A stretch of 63,657 nucleotides of DNA from Octopus bimaculoides (GCF_001194135.2 NC_068984.1:60946979-61010635), one strand, 5' to 3'; positions 40,571 through 54,881 are shown, numbered from the stretch's first letter. The notes: a model not told the origin generated them from the sequence alone. Program-made: numbers and translations.

Positions 40571-40845
40571 TCGAAAAATACATTACGAATTAGAACCCAG
40601 GTTCGAAATTTCCCCGAGACATCTGATGAAGGCTGGAGGGTATATCAGCCGAAACGTTGTCATAACAACAAACATGACGAGGACAAATACCCGTCAAATG
40701 TAAATAATGTAAATAATGTACATAATTCCTCATCTCTTAAATATGGAACTATATATGGATGTGTTATGCGTGTTGATTTTGTTTGCATTTGGACCTATGG
40801 CAAAATTTAAAGGTGTGATAGAACCGATGACATGTACAAAAAGCT
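40435..40845 (+). mobile_element. Family D element (tRNA-Arg-like head + (AAT)n + hammerhead tail)
   Basis: A-box tggcgtagtgg, 7-nt anticodon-type loop ctactaa, degenerate B-box. Hammerhead core CTGATGA at 40623 and GAAAC at 40651. Confidence 0.85.
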
Positions 40846-41663
40846 TCGTGCTGCTTATTTAGTAAGAAGGTTGCTTTCAGGCAAAGTCCACAAGTAGATC
40901 GCTGTCTTTTTATTTTCATTTTTACTATCTTATCATATTTAAATTTTCACTCATTTCTCTTTTACTCCGCTCTCTCACACCAAAAAACCATTTATCATAT
41001 ATCTATCATTACACTTACTTTTATTATATTTTTATTTTTTATTCTTATTTTTACCCTTTTCTCCTGTCTTATTTTTTTCCTCCTCTCTCTCCTTTATACA
41101 CCCACTCACAAAACCCATTTATGTCTATCTTACTTTCTCGCTCTATTTACACATTTACAATATGAATTCATTAATTCAAAATACTGACAAAAAATCGCGT
41201 GAATTTACCTAGAATTGCAACTAAGGATGTATACCTTCATGGAAGTACCAACCAATATCCATATCGTCTGGGAAAAGAGTTGTGTCTTTATTCTTCTATT
41301 TTATTCCTTATGAGCTGAATTTTATTCCTTGTAAACTGTAAATTTTCCCTATATAAAATATTCATACCTTGTTTCTGATGACGGATACTCACTTACCGCT
41401 TGGGTTATTCCATAAACGGCTGTTAGACTTCAAATTCAGCTTACTCAAGTAGAATTATCCTAAATGGCTTGAGATACTCGTTCTGCTTTGGTTTTGATTT
41501 TCCCTCTAATATAATATACCGGCTATACCGGAACCCTAATACAGATCCCTATCTACAGCTTCAGCTTGGATCTTGGAACCTAAAGGTCGACCAGCTATAG
41601 CACTTACACAACGTACCTATTCGTTTAGATCTCAAGTGAACTAAACCCTCATATTCTTGATAT

Positions 41664-41760
<97 letters not shown>

Positions 41761-42568
41761 AATATTATAATATTAGGGAATGTCAAAACCCGAACTTGCA
41801 AGGATATTAAATTTGATAATACCAAATTGAATTATATAATGAAAGATATATTAATGATTTAGAGAAGACCCACCAAGATGCAATTCAAACAATGAAGGAG
41901 TGGTCAAGAATAAACACCATTTTGTCACGTGATACACATCGTATAAATTCTATGCTTCATGGGTAATACTATAGTCAACAAAGAATCTTCGATAAGCGAT
42001 GTTGTTCGTTTTATTAATACTGTTGAACGTCCGAATTCATTTAATAGTTATTAACACTATCTTTTTATATGTTTCCCTATTCTTAATCTACACGTATTTC
42101 TTCATTAGACGCCTTTAACTTGACAGATGATTATTATTATAAAACCTTGACATTTTATATATTGTACTAATAATTGCTTAAACGTACAGATATTTCAATT
42201 TTTTCCTATTTTATTTTATTGGATTATTAAATATTAGGATACGTTTTTTGAATTTACTAGAGCTGAAGAGTGTCCTCGTTCTGAGTGGAACTTATCTTGA
42301 TCGATTTATTGTAAATTGCTCAGATTTTTTCCACTTTTATGTGGCCACGAAACGCGCGTAGTCCATTATTCACTTTCGTTTTTATAAATTTACTAAACTG
42401 AATTAAATTTTTAATCTAATATTTTATAGATTTTATGGATTATAAATTTTCTTTTGGATTTTATATTTTTTTTTAAAATTAGTATTTTGAAGAGTATGCT
42501 TTTCTTAATGGTGTCTGATCTCCTTCATTGTTTGAATTGCATCTTGGTGGTTCTTCTCTAAATTATTA

Positions 42569-42605
<37 letters not shown>

Positions 42606-42693
42606 CATACATATAGAGAGAATTCACGAAAAAACAACAGACGAAGACAAGTGGTGTAAACAACAAATGGATGTACTAGTATAACGCTCGGGA

Positions 42694-42739
<46 letters not shown>

Positions 42740-43788
42740 CATTGTGTTTGTATGTGTAACCTACCACGGCTTGATAACCGGTGTTAGTTTCGGGAAAAGG
42801 GACTAATAGAATAAGTAAAAGGCTTAAAAATTTAAGTACTGGGCTCGATTTGTTCCAGTGGCAGTGTCCCAGCATCACGGCAGTCCAATGAATGAAGCAG
42901 ATAAAAAAATAAAGATAAATGATAACCTGATCAACTGCCGAAGGCACGAAGGTTTATGACCCCGATACGGACCAAGCGAACTTTGAAACTAACTGCCCTC
43001 TTTATCAATATATTGTAACCATTTGATATTCAAAAGTTTCAGGTAGGAATGTTAAAGTCATATGATATTTGATCAAGTGCGTTCTATACTTTTGATCTTC
43101 AACGATAACCTAATAACTAACTATATATTATAGTTTCACTATGTGTTAGATGAGAGCTAAAATAACTACCAAGGCCTATGAAAGTAAAAAAAACAACAAC
43201 GTTGATTTTAACAAAAGGTTAGCAACAATAACTCGCAGAAGAGCCATTAGTGGCATGTTTTGAGATTGACAACCGGCCTTAAGACGCAGGACACTTAAGG
43301 TAGTTAGATTGTATTTGCGATAGGGGGAGCTTATGTCAAAATTCAACAAATTCGAACACAAGGACGATATAAAATCACATACCATTAATTCAGGGAAAAA
43401 AATCATTCACAGCAACAGAAAGCAAATTACGCACGTAGTCACGCAAGCTCACACGCACATATACGTACGTACATACATACACACACACGCACACACACAC
43501 AATCCATACATATAAACACACTCAAGCACGTGTACATGAACATATATGCACAAACACACTATAGACAAGAACACACTCATTCCATCACATACGGCCGCAA
43601 GCTTGCGTTAGTCACAAAATATTGACTGTTTTGCTTAAATTTATGTCAGTCATCAAAATTTATTGCTTATCAAAGCAAAAACAGAATAAGGTATTAAATC
43701 AGATTTTAAAAGAAGAAAGCAAGAGCAGGAAAGATAGAAATAAAGAGAGAGGGAGAACGATAGAGAGAATGAAAGACAAAGGTAGAAT

Positions 43789-43789
<1 letters not shown>

Positions 43790-43882
<93 letters not shown>
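43790..43882. repeat. (GA)n microsatellite
   Basis: Directly visible. Confidence 0.95.
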
Positions 43883-43883
<1 letters not shown>

Positions 43884-44071
43884 TGATTGAGACAAAGTGA
43901 TAGAAAAACGAAAAATGAGAAACGTGAAATAAGATATGATGGAAAGAAAAAATCTAGTGCACAAGAACTCAGGAAATGCTTAAATATTTGATCAACTTTT
44001 AACACGATACTCTTGATTTTTTAAATCTAAAACCAAATTAGTTATGCATGCATGAATATTATTATGAGTGT

Positions 44072-44144
<73 letters not shown>

Positions 44145-44404
44145 TTCACCACTCTTCTAGCTCTGTCTCAACTAATTTGTCTGTATGTCAGTCTCTTTTT
44201 TCTTTTTATTTTTCATTATCTGTCTGAAAATTTATTTTGCTATCGCTCTCTCCTTTTATATGTATGTGTGTGTATGTGTGTATGTATGTATGTATTGATG
44301 TACTGATGTATCTATATATGTATATGTATATATATGTATTTATGTGTATACATGAATATTTATGTGTGCATGTGTGTATGCGTGTGTGTGTATGTATATA
44401 TGTG

Positions 44405-44514
44405 TGTGGTTGCGTGGTAAGAAGCTTGCTTCCCAACTACATGGTCTACTATAGTTTCGGGTCGACCAAAGCCTTGTTTAGTGGATTTGGTTGTCCGAAA
44501 CTGAAAGAAGCTCG

Positions 44515-44520
<6 letters not shown>
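44405..44520 (+). mobile_element. tRNA-derived SINE, family B, internally deleted; tail-like segment resumes after the gap at about 45250-45390
   Basis: gtggttgcgtggtaagaagcttgcttcccaactacatgg|tctactatagtttcgggtcgaccaaagccttg...gaaactgaaagaagc. Confidence 0.8.
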
Positions 44521-44553
<33 letters not shown>

Positions 44554-45189
44554 NNNNNNNNNNNNNNNNNNNNNNNNNNNNNNNNNNNNNNNNNNNNNNN
44601 NNNNNNNNNNNNNNNNNNNNNNNNNNNNNNNNNNNNNNNNNNNNNNNNNNNNNNNNNNNNNNNNNNNNNNNNNNNNNNNNNNNNNNNNNNNNNNNNNNNN
44701 NNNNNNNNNNNNNNNNNNNNNNNNNNNNNNNNNNNNNNNNNNNNNNNNNNNNNNNNNNNNNNNNNNNNNNNNNNNNNNNNNNNNNNNNNNNNNNNNNNNN
44801 NNNNNNNNNNNNNNNNNNNNNNNNNNNNNNNNNNNNNNNNNNNNNNNNNNNNNNNNNNNNNNNNNNNNNNNNNNNNNNNNNNNNNNNNNNNNNNNNNNNN
44901 NNNNNNNNNNNNNNNNNNNNNNNNNNNNNNNNNNNNNNNNNNNNNNNNNNNNNNNNNNNNNNNNNNNNNNNNNNNNNNNNNNNNNNNNNNNNNNNNNNNN
45001 NNNNNNNNNNNNNNNNNNNNNNNNNNNNNNNNNNNNNNNNNNNNNNNNNNNNNNNNNNNNNNNNNNNNNNNNNNNNNNNNNNNNNNNNNNNNNNNNNNNN
45101 NNNNNNNNNNNNNNNNNNNNNNNNNNNNNNNNNNNNNNNNNNNNNNNNNNNNNNNNNNNNNNNNNNNNNNNAGAGAGAGAGAGAGAGAG

Positions 45190-45222
<33 letters not shown>

Positions 45223-45678
45223 TGTGTATGCGTCTTTGTGTTTATTTTGCTACCTTTCCAGCGTTTGAGAACCGGTGTTGGTGTGTTTACGTCCCGTAAC
45301 TTAGCGGATCCGCCTCAGAGATCGAGAGAATAAATACCAGGTTTAAAAGGAAAATAAGCACCGGGGTCCATTCATTCGACTAAAAATTAAGATCTATTCA
45401 ATTTGACGCACAGATTTTTTAATTAATTTTTTTTCTAACTAAACACTTTGAAATCTTCGGATACTGGTAGAATGTGTCATGGCTACTTTTTCTAGCAGGT
45501 CATACAGGCAACCTGGTTGGTCTGTCTCAGTAATAATTTTGTTGTCAAAACAACCCTGATACAGCAAACTTATCATCATAGGCATTCCAGCCTTCAGAAA
45601 ACCGTCTTTTTAGGGATAATCTAGGACATTACGTACATTGGGCGTGTAATTTAGGGAGGGGATACTTTGGCTGCTATT

Positions 45679-45879
45679 TATGATTTTTTCTTGTGGGTAT
45701 ATGCAAAAGATTGGGTTTATGTTCCACCGCTACCCACTAACCTCGATGACCTTAAGCATCGAACAACAATAGTGATCAACTTAGTGGATCGTGATATGCT
45801 GATACGCATCTAGGAGGAATTCTCTTATCGCATTGATATCGCCTTTGCTGCAGGTGGTGGCCAAATTAAACACTTGTAA
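45679..45879 (+). mobile_element. Tc1/mariner-superfamily transposase C-terminal fragment (pseudogene)
   Basis: YDFFLWVYAKDWVYVPPLPTNLDDLKHRTTIVINLVDRDMLIRI*EEFSYRIDIAFAAGGGQIKHL* matches the DFFLWGYVK..VY...G.HIEHL C-terminus. It has one internal stop. Confidence 0.88.
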
Positions 45880-48641
45880 GACAGGAAATAAAAGTTGGTT
45901 GTGACTATATACTTGTGACTTAGCTGGAGCTTTCCATTGCTTTAAATTCTTGAAGCTTTCCGAATTTGCAGATTATAATATCATCTTAATGCTGAAGAAT
46001 AATTGTTCCTAACATCCGTGTTTCAACCATTCATCACTTCTTAATCGAAACATAATTTCAGCATTCTTTTTGCATTTTATACGCTTTCTCAAAAGAAATG
46101 CATATATGTAGTTTGGCTCGTCTTCTACCGTCTGACGTAAAAATTTTACATGACTAGAATATGTCAAAATTCATAGTTGTGGTTATTGCTGTAAAGTTTC
46201 AGATGTTGTGTTGTCTGTTACGTGTTTGTTAAGAAAAGAAAAGGATTTGTGCTCTGTATCAAAGTAGCATCCACAAACTTCCTGCACTAATGTGTTTATA
46301 ATTGCATGGAATATTTTAATGCTATATTTTAATAGTTTGTAGCTGCAATTTTCGTACTAAGAATCGTATGTATTTTGCGAATTCAGGATATTGTTCCGAC
46401 GATTACAACAACCGTTTGAGACAGATCTTGAATTATTTATACTCGTAACAATTCCATTGTCTGTTGTGTTGACAAATGTACAAACTCGGTCATTTACTTA
46501 GTGATAATATATTCTCTACTTTGGTAAGTATGGTGAAGGCTGTCCTTCTCTGATAATATAAATAATCGAAACATCTGGGGTTTTATTCCTTACTTCTTGT
46601 ACAATTGATAGAGACATTTCTCGTCGCCTAAATTGGCGTTTTCTTACCACATAATTATTTGTAGTTAATACTTTTAGTCCTCTATGCATTAAATATATTA
46701 CATTGATCTAATCTACAACAGACTATATTGGTTATTGTTATATTTGAAATCTCTGGTCAAAGCGTCAGATGTTGGATGTGACTGTGGTTACTGCTCTACA
46801 TTTACTAGTATTAAAGTGCTTTCAGATGGTTTCGCTGGACATTACTTTTCATTATTGAATTACTCATCACTTTCAAGTGGAAACATTTCTTGGACTATTT
46901 CAAAATTGTTCCCTTCTCGTACTTATAAACATATCCGAGAAGATTAATTGAACTTACGAACGACAAGTAAAGCCAACCGAAGATGGCACACGGCTTATCT
47001 TCTGCAATAAAAGTCTCATATGACATGAGGGCAAGATTAAGAATACTTGTCAAAAAGCTTCCTTTTTGTAAACAACAGCTTGAACAATCTAATTTAGTAA
47101 TATAACTCCTTGAAACATTAGTCACTTATTCAGAAACATTAGTCAGTATTTTCTTTTTCTAAGATCATAAAATTGAGACGATGGTATGGTTCTGAACTCT
47201 ACTTGAATTTAAGGCAGATCAATAGATTAAAGCTGAATAAAGAACTTTTAAGTACACGGAGTTTTGCTTGTGACATTTCGGAAAAATGCTGCTGCTATGA
47301 TTAATAGGATTACAAGTGTAAAAAGATAATCTTATCTGGAATAGTGATAATTAAATGTGAGATATAAATAAATTTCATATATTGAAAATGTCCGAATACA
47401 ACAAAAAGTTAATTTTCACTAATACTGAGCCTTTTGTGAAGAAATTGTAAAGAACTTTTGATCGGAATGTGTAGATGTATATGTTTATATGTACAACTAT
47501 ATATACACAACTACATTTTCACAAAATGCTGGCCTATTTCTGCAGAAACAGAATACATCAACCCCTAACAATTGCTAACCTCTTAAAAAGTTCAAGTGCA
47601 ACCCACAAAGCAATACCGCCACCACATCTAGAACAGTGCCATTTTGGTACGTGCTTCCTCGCACGCACACGCACACTAACGCGCGCTCGCGCGCTCAGAC
47701 AACTTATACTAATGCAGATACATCATGCAACATGAATTCTTGATTTATCAAAATAATCTTCGGTCCAAGAGGATATATGATAGTTAAGGATGCATCATAA
47801 TTTTCAAATAGGAATTATGACAAGCTTCATTTGACAAGGGGAGATAACTTCAAGATCCAAGCATTTGCCAAAGATAGCCAGGCATTATGGAAAAAGACTG
47901 GTTTATTATTTGGAGATAAAAGGACAGTCGTGGATACGCTTGTGCTTTAAAATCCGCCATAAACATGCCCATTGTCAAACCTAATATCTAGTACCCAAGG
48001 TACTTAGTCTTGTGAATTTTCCCCATAATTTTTATCCTATTACAGACTACAACTCCTTTTCTGAGAAAGATTTCTTGTATAGATATCTGAAAATTTTGTA
48101 ATTTGATCACCGGTTCTAGAAGTGACGAGAGGTGTTTGTTAAATTCCTACTGAATGCAGTATATAGTAATATCTGTTTAAATAAGCAGTCTGGCGAAGCT
48201 TAGAAGTGCCACGTAAAATGAATCTTATGATAAATTTGAACCTTTCCTTAATATTGAGTTTCTGTGAGAGTAAATTTGTCGTTGTTTCGATCTTGTCAGT
48301 GCTATCCTAATCGTGTATCAGTTGCTTAAATATATGAAAGTCTATAAGGATTACTTAATACAATTTTTTTTTTTTGAAGTGGAAACCTGATTTTTCTAAA
48401 CAAAGTGTTTAAAAAAAGATGTTATCAAAAGGAGGATGTTACTAATCTTTTTTCTTCTAGTGTGTCAGTATTTCTTTCAAAATTCTGTCACTTGAGTTAA
48501 AATTTGTCGTTGATTTCTATCTGGTCAGTGCCATCCTGGTCGTGGATCAATTGCTTAAATATCTGAAAGTCTATGAGGATTTTGTGTGCGTATGTGTGTG
48601 TGTGTGTGTGTGTATGGGTGTGGGTGTGTGTGTGTGCGTGC

Positions 48642-48684
<43 letters not shown>

Positions 48685-50260
48685 TGCGTGTCTGTGAAAG
48701 CATGTGTAGAAATTGCAAAGAAACAAATCTTCATACATATACGTATTGTGTGTGTACCTGTACCTTATGTATATCTTTTACAAATATGTGGTAATGTGTG
48801 TATCTGTGTGTTTGTGTGTGAAAAATATTATATTTACTACATAGTGTTTCATCCGTTGGAATTTTTAGTCTGCATTTTCGTATGATTTATTGGAATTAAT
48901 ACGCATACACGTACATAAAATAGTACGTTCTCGCACATGCACGGACATACACCTACACGTATACACGTACCCATATTCATGTACATACTCATACATTTCT
49001 ATTTGTATAAGAGCGATCATACATATTCATATAACAACATTCATACATATTCATATGAGTAAGGAGATGTATGCTAAAGTAAAATATTATCGAGGGTTGG
49101 ACAAAAATGTACATTACTAAAATAACTTTGTGTGTACGTCTGTCACGTTTTGAGTCGAACTTCAAAAATAACTTGCACTGACATATGACGGGTTAGAGGA
49201 ATAATTCCTTGAATTCAAAGGATATACTTTCATATTATCTAGTAATCTGCTTTGCTAAAATAACAATATATGTATTTAGCACTCTTTCACATGAACTAGA
49301 AAATAATTTGAACTAAAATAACGGGTCAGATCACCTAAAAATCAAATGATATACACTTCTCTGTGCAACTATCAATATATCTGTCTAACTCCGTATGATT
49401 CTATCAGCATGGTTATCTGTAACTAAATACCATATTTCATTCGCTCTTTGTGCGTATATACATAAATACGTGGGTGTATATGAATATATATATANNNNNN
49501 NNNNNNNNNNNNNNNNNNNNNNNNNNNNNNNNNNNNNNNNNNNNNNNNNNNNNNNNNNNNNNNNNNNNNNNNNNNNNNNNNNNNNNNNNNNNNNNNNNNN
49601 NNNNNNNNNNNNNNNNNNNNNNNNNNNNNNNNNNNNNNNNNNNNNNNNNNNNNNNNNNNNNNNNNNNNNNNNNNNNNNNNNNNNNNNNNNNNNNNNNNNN
49701 NNNNNNNNNNNNNNNNNNNNNNNNNNNNNNNNNNNNNNNNNNNNNNNNNNNNNNNNNNNNNNNNNNNNNNNNNNNNNNNNNNNNNNNNNNNNNNNNNNNN
49801 NNNNNNNNNNNNNNNNNNNNNNNNNNNNNNNNNNNNNNNNNNNNNNNNNNNNNNNNNNNNNNNNNNNNNNNNNNNNNNNNNNNNNNNNNNNNNNNNNNNN
49901 NNNNNNNNNNNNNNNNNNNNNNNNNNNNNNNNNNNNNNNNNNNNNNNNNNNNNNNNNNNNNNNNNNNNNNNNNNNNNNNNNNNNNNNNNNNNNNNNNNNN
50001 NNNNNNNNNNNNNNNNNNNNNNNNNNNNNNNNNNNNNNNNNNNNNNNNNNNNNNNNNNNNNNNNNNNNNNNNNNNNNNNNNNNNNNNNNNNNNNNNNNNN
50101 NNNNNNNNNNNNNNNNNNNNNNNNNNNNNNNNNNNNNNNNNNNNNNNNNNNNNNNNNNNNNNNNNNNNNNNNNNNNNNNNNNNNNNNNNNNNNNNNNNNN
50201 NNNNNNNNNNNNNNNNNNNNNNNNNNNNNNNNNNNNNNNNNNNNNNNNNNNNNNNNNNNN

Positions 50261-50303
<43 letters not shown>

Positions 50304-50520
50304 CACACGCACACATACACACAGACGCACACACACACAGACGCATACGCATATTTAGCCTGGTGCATATGAGTTAAATGAAAGCTATTAATACAAAACT
50401 GAATATAATATGATAAATATGTACAGTCTTTCTATGTATTGTATATTATTTCCTCTGGTTTAGAAACTTAAACGTGTATTCAAATACATCCAATATGTGT
50501 GTCTCTCTCTGTCTACCTAC

Positions 50521-50591
<71 letters not shown>

Positions 50592-50727
50592 CAATATTGA
50601 GCAAGGCTACCGTGGTCTTTTCCGTAGGCTTTTCTTCCACGGCTAAACCTAAACTGTCCTCCCCTCTTTTTACACGAGAACATTACTGTGTGATACACGA
50701 TCCCTATTGATCGCTTTTTTTTTTCTC

Positions 50728-50778
50728 GATCCCTTTTTCCCTTCCTACGATCCCTTTTTCCCTTCCTACGATCCCTTT
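50728..50778. repeat. Short tandem repeat, unit of about 21 bp (cgatccctttttcccttccta)
   Basis: About 2.5 copies are visible. Confidence 0.8.
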
Positions 50779-50936
50779 TGATCGAAACACCCCTATTTTT
50801 TTCCTTCCCCCTCCCAAAAAGAAAAGCTCTACATTGNNNNNNNNNNNNNNNNNNNNNNNNNNNNNNNNNNNNNNNNNNNNNNNNNNNNNNNNNNNNNNNN
50901 NNNNNNNNNNNNNNNNNNNNNNNNNNNNNNNNNNNN

Positions 50937-50972
<36 letters not shown>

Positions 50973-53532
50973 GTCTGTTTGCCTGCTTGTCTGTCTGTCT
51001 ATCTGTCTGTCCGCTCAGCCGGCTGTCTACCCGCCTGTCTATCTGTCTGCCTAATATGCAAATTAATATAATATACTAATACATAGGATGAAAAAATTTC
51101 GAATTAGGTTGATGATAATTTCTATTTGAATTCTTGTACGAGTATATCTGCATATGCATTCACACATAAGTATGCATGCAGAAACATTTATTTTCATATC
51201 AGTCCTTGTTTATGGATGTGAGTGTATATGTATCTATTAGTTTCTAAGTCTTTTTTATATACTTATAAATATATGTTCATATGCGTATATGTGTGCGTGT
51301 TGATGCACACAAACATATATACACAATGTACGTGTAACAAAGGCACACAAACATATATACACAATGTACGTGTTAATGTTTGCAGTTTGTCTGTAGATGT
51401 GTATTTATGTGTGAAGAACCGTGTACGTAAATATTTGTGTCGGTTGTATGTCCTTATTGTTTTTATTTCTATCGTTGTTGTTATTGCCAGATTGAAAATC
51501 ACTAAATTTAAAGGTGATCCACGCGTTACAATGCTGTCTTTTCCTTTCTAAATAAAAACCTCAAAGTGGAAGAGTCATCAGAGCATTGGACAGAGTTCTT
51601 TGCAGTATTTGTTTCATCCTTTTGCATTCTTAGTTCAAATTCCTCCGAGGTAAACTTAATGTTTGTTTCCTTACGGTATCAATGAATAAAGTACCAAATC
51701 ACGGCAGTATTTATGGAATTATGGAAGTGTCGAATAAAATGGCTTGCGATATCTCTTCTGGTTGTTTCTTTTCTTAGTTAAGTTTCCGTTAAACTTCCTC
51801 CCCAAAATTTTGACGAGTCTTCGTGGTGGGAAACGGTTTCTGCGTGACACTGTGAACTGTGATAGGATTCTGAAAGTAAGGTGACTTGTCGATTTGAGAA
51901 ACATCTCCGTCAGATTTAGACAAATATGTATCATGACCTACGTCATTGAATTTCTCTTTTGTTCACAATGTAGGGAGTTGTTTGAGAGAATATGACTCCT
52001 CTTTCTCTAAGAGCACGTGTGCAAAGAATCTAGCGTGTCTACACACTGTTATAACTACTTTTATTTTAGGAAGAATCTTGTAATCGTTATTGTGTTTGTT
52101 TCTCACTAGTAATCGCCGTAAATATAAGAATTCTTTCCATAATCAGGAAAGGTATTGATATTGAAGTATATTGTGTGTTTATTTTGACTCAAGTCCACGT
52201 TACTGAAGTAGACAGGATTCTTTGAACAGTGATCATTCGGACAATATCAGCAATGAATATGCCTAAATTATCTAATGTATTTCTTTTATTTAATAGGGTT
52301 AGGTGTAATTTAAAGGCGATGGAGTAGAGGTACCATCGTTTTCATCTGTCAATAATTAGTAAGCGCTAAAACAATGTAACGAGTGCTAAAGCTTTTAATG
52401 GTCAAAATTTGTAGTTGCATCAAATTTGGGTAAACACTGTAGATCAATGCTTAAATCACACCAAACAAAGATAAGTGTGGTAACTGAAAGTCTTAAAAAC
52501 AAAATAAAAAAGAAACTAGGGAAGATGTTTGTATCATTTTAGCACACCGATGTCAAAAACCTATTTTGTTCTTAGAATGTGCTGTATTTATGTAGCTTCA
52601 ATGACCAGTATTGTATACCAAACATTCATGCATTCAAGTAATGCATTCTTTCTTGTTTTTGTTTTGTACTTTTGTTTTGTAACTATGTTGAAAATGCTTC
52701 TTATACTGTAGAAGCATGACCAGCTGGCGAGAAAATGTGATAGTTTCGTATTCAATTAGATTTTCAAAGTTTACACATTTCCTGTCAGAACCTGAATTTG
52801 TAAATACACGCTAATCACATGAAGTATACTGAGCAGTTTTCAGGCTTGTCGTTTCCTGTTGCCAAGGAGATGTCAATTCTTTTTGTATTCGTTATATGGA
52901 ATTCGTGCGAGTAAATAATTGCATGTCATGTAAAATAATTTAAAACCACAGCATACATGTATGTATGCATGTAACCTTCTTGCCTCCATATATATATATA
53001 TATANNNNNNNNNNNNNNNNNNNNNNNNNNNNNNNNNNNNNNNNNNNNNNNNNNNNNNNNNNNNNNNNNNNNNNNNNNNNNNNNNNNNNNNNNNNNNNNN
53101 NNNNNNNNNNNNNNNNNNNNNNNNNNNNNNNNNNNNNNNNNNNNNNNNNNNNNNNNNNNNNNNNNNNNNNNNNNNNNNNNNNNNNNNNNNNNNNNNNNNN
53201 NNNNNNNNNNNNNNNNNNNNNNNNNNNNNNNNNNNNNNNNNNNNNNNNNNNNNNNNNNNNNNNNNNNNNNNNNNNNNNNNNNNNNNNNNNNNNNNNNNNN
53301 NNNNNNNNNNNNNNNNNNNNNNNNNNNNNNNNNNNNNNNNNNNNNNNNNNNNNNNNNNNNNNNNNNNNNNNNNNNNNNNNNNNNNNNNNNNNNNNNNNNN
53401 NNNNNNNNNNNNNNNNNNNNNNNNNNNNNNNNNNNNNNNNNNNNNNNNNNNNNNNNNNNNNNNNNNNNNNNNNNNNNNNNNNNNNNNNNNNNNNNNNNNN
53501 NNNNNNNNNNNNNNNNNNNNNNNNNNNNNNNN

Positions 53533-53579
<47 letters not shown>

Positions 53580-54366
53580 AGTACGCGGACGTAAGTACAC
53601 GGGAGGGAGCACACACATACAAACGGTTCTACTATAAAGAATATTCACTAATCAATGTAATTTTATGTATGATTCAAGCCATTTCATTCATTTGGGCCAC
53701 CGAACATCAAATATTGATTGTCCAACAACATTCAAGTTAAAGATAGTCAATGCAATGGTGACATATCATGTGAACTTTGTATATATAAGTCTAGTGTTCT
53801 TTAGGGTTTATCAAGGATTGTTTGGGAACAAGCACAACATTCATTCTTAAAAAGGAAATTGATTTTGCTGCTAGTTCAGCAATGACACTTGACATATATT
53901 CTTATTGATCAGATGGAAAAGACGAATAACTTTGAAAAGTGTTATAGTAATATTCCAGTTATCTATATGGTGTATGTACATCGCTAAGCGATTAGACAAA
54001 TGTCTCTGTAATAGTTAGACTGTGCAACATTGAATCTAACCGGTTATTCTGCAGCAAATTAAATGATATTAATATAACGTTTGTCAGATTTTACTTAACT
54101 CCTCTAGAATTGCTTCCGTTCATTAGAATAGATTAATTAAGAGTTGTTTACAAAAATTAACATTTAAGCCTATGTTTAGTTCATATTCAAACAATATCTT
54201 AAGATTTAATCTTATAATATATAAATTTTGATTTTAGTTTTCTCCAATATAGCAACAACATTCCAAAAGGATTTGAAAAACAAGTTGCATGCAAACGCCT
54301 ATGCACACAAACATATAAACAAGTATGCATACATAAGGTGTGTGAAGTTGTATGCATGTCTATAAA

Positions 54367-54409
<43 letters not shown>

Positions 54410-54717
54410 GATTGATAAATAGATAGATAGAAAGTTATAGATATATTTAGTTGTATAGCTATATATCTGTGCATGTCACCAATGTGTGTGTCTCATAATT
54501 CGATATTAATTATATCGATACGGCTAAGACACTATTGTTAAGACATAGCTAAGATAATATGATTACTATTTTCTTGTTTTCTTTAATCTTGTCACATCTA
54601 TATCTATCTCTATCACTCGTAAGGAGAAAATATACGAACAGACGCCCATGTACGGTATAAAGTTAATCTTACGAAACATGAAGTAAATTCAAGTTAATAT
54701 TTTGCTTTTCTGTTCAC

Positions 54718-54774
<57 letters not shown>

Positions 54775-54842
54775 TCTCATAGATAAATAAGTAGATAGAC
54801 ACACACAGACACACATACGCACGCACGCACGCACGCTCGCAG

Positions 54843-54881
<39 letters not shown>

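Larger units (their letters stand above)
39633..41507. repeat. Degenerate inverted-repeat pair (PLE-like terminal repeats) enclosing two younger short elements
   Basis: 39633-39705 is the reverse complement of 41433-41507, and about 39745-39910 is the reverse complement of about 40960-41135. A degenerate hammerhead-like motif lies at 41372-41428. Confidence 0.65.

Noticed and set aside
46735-46947. Plus-strand ORF with LVKASDVG (cadherin-like)
   Set aside because: The opposite strand of the same region gives equally cadherin-like words (YETFIAEDKP, IIREGQP). This shows such motifs arise by chance here, and is why the cadherin findings are scored low.
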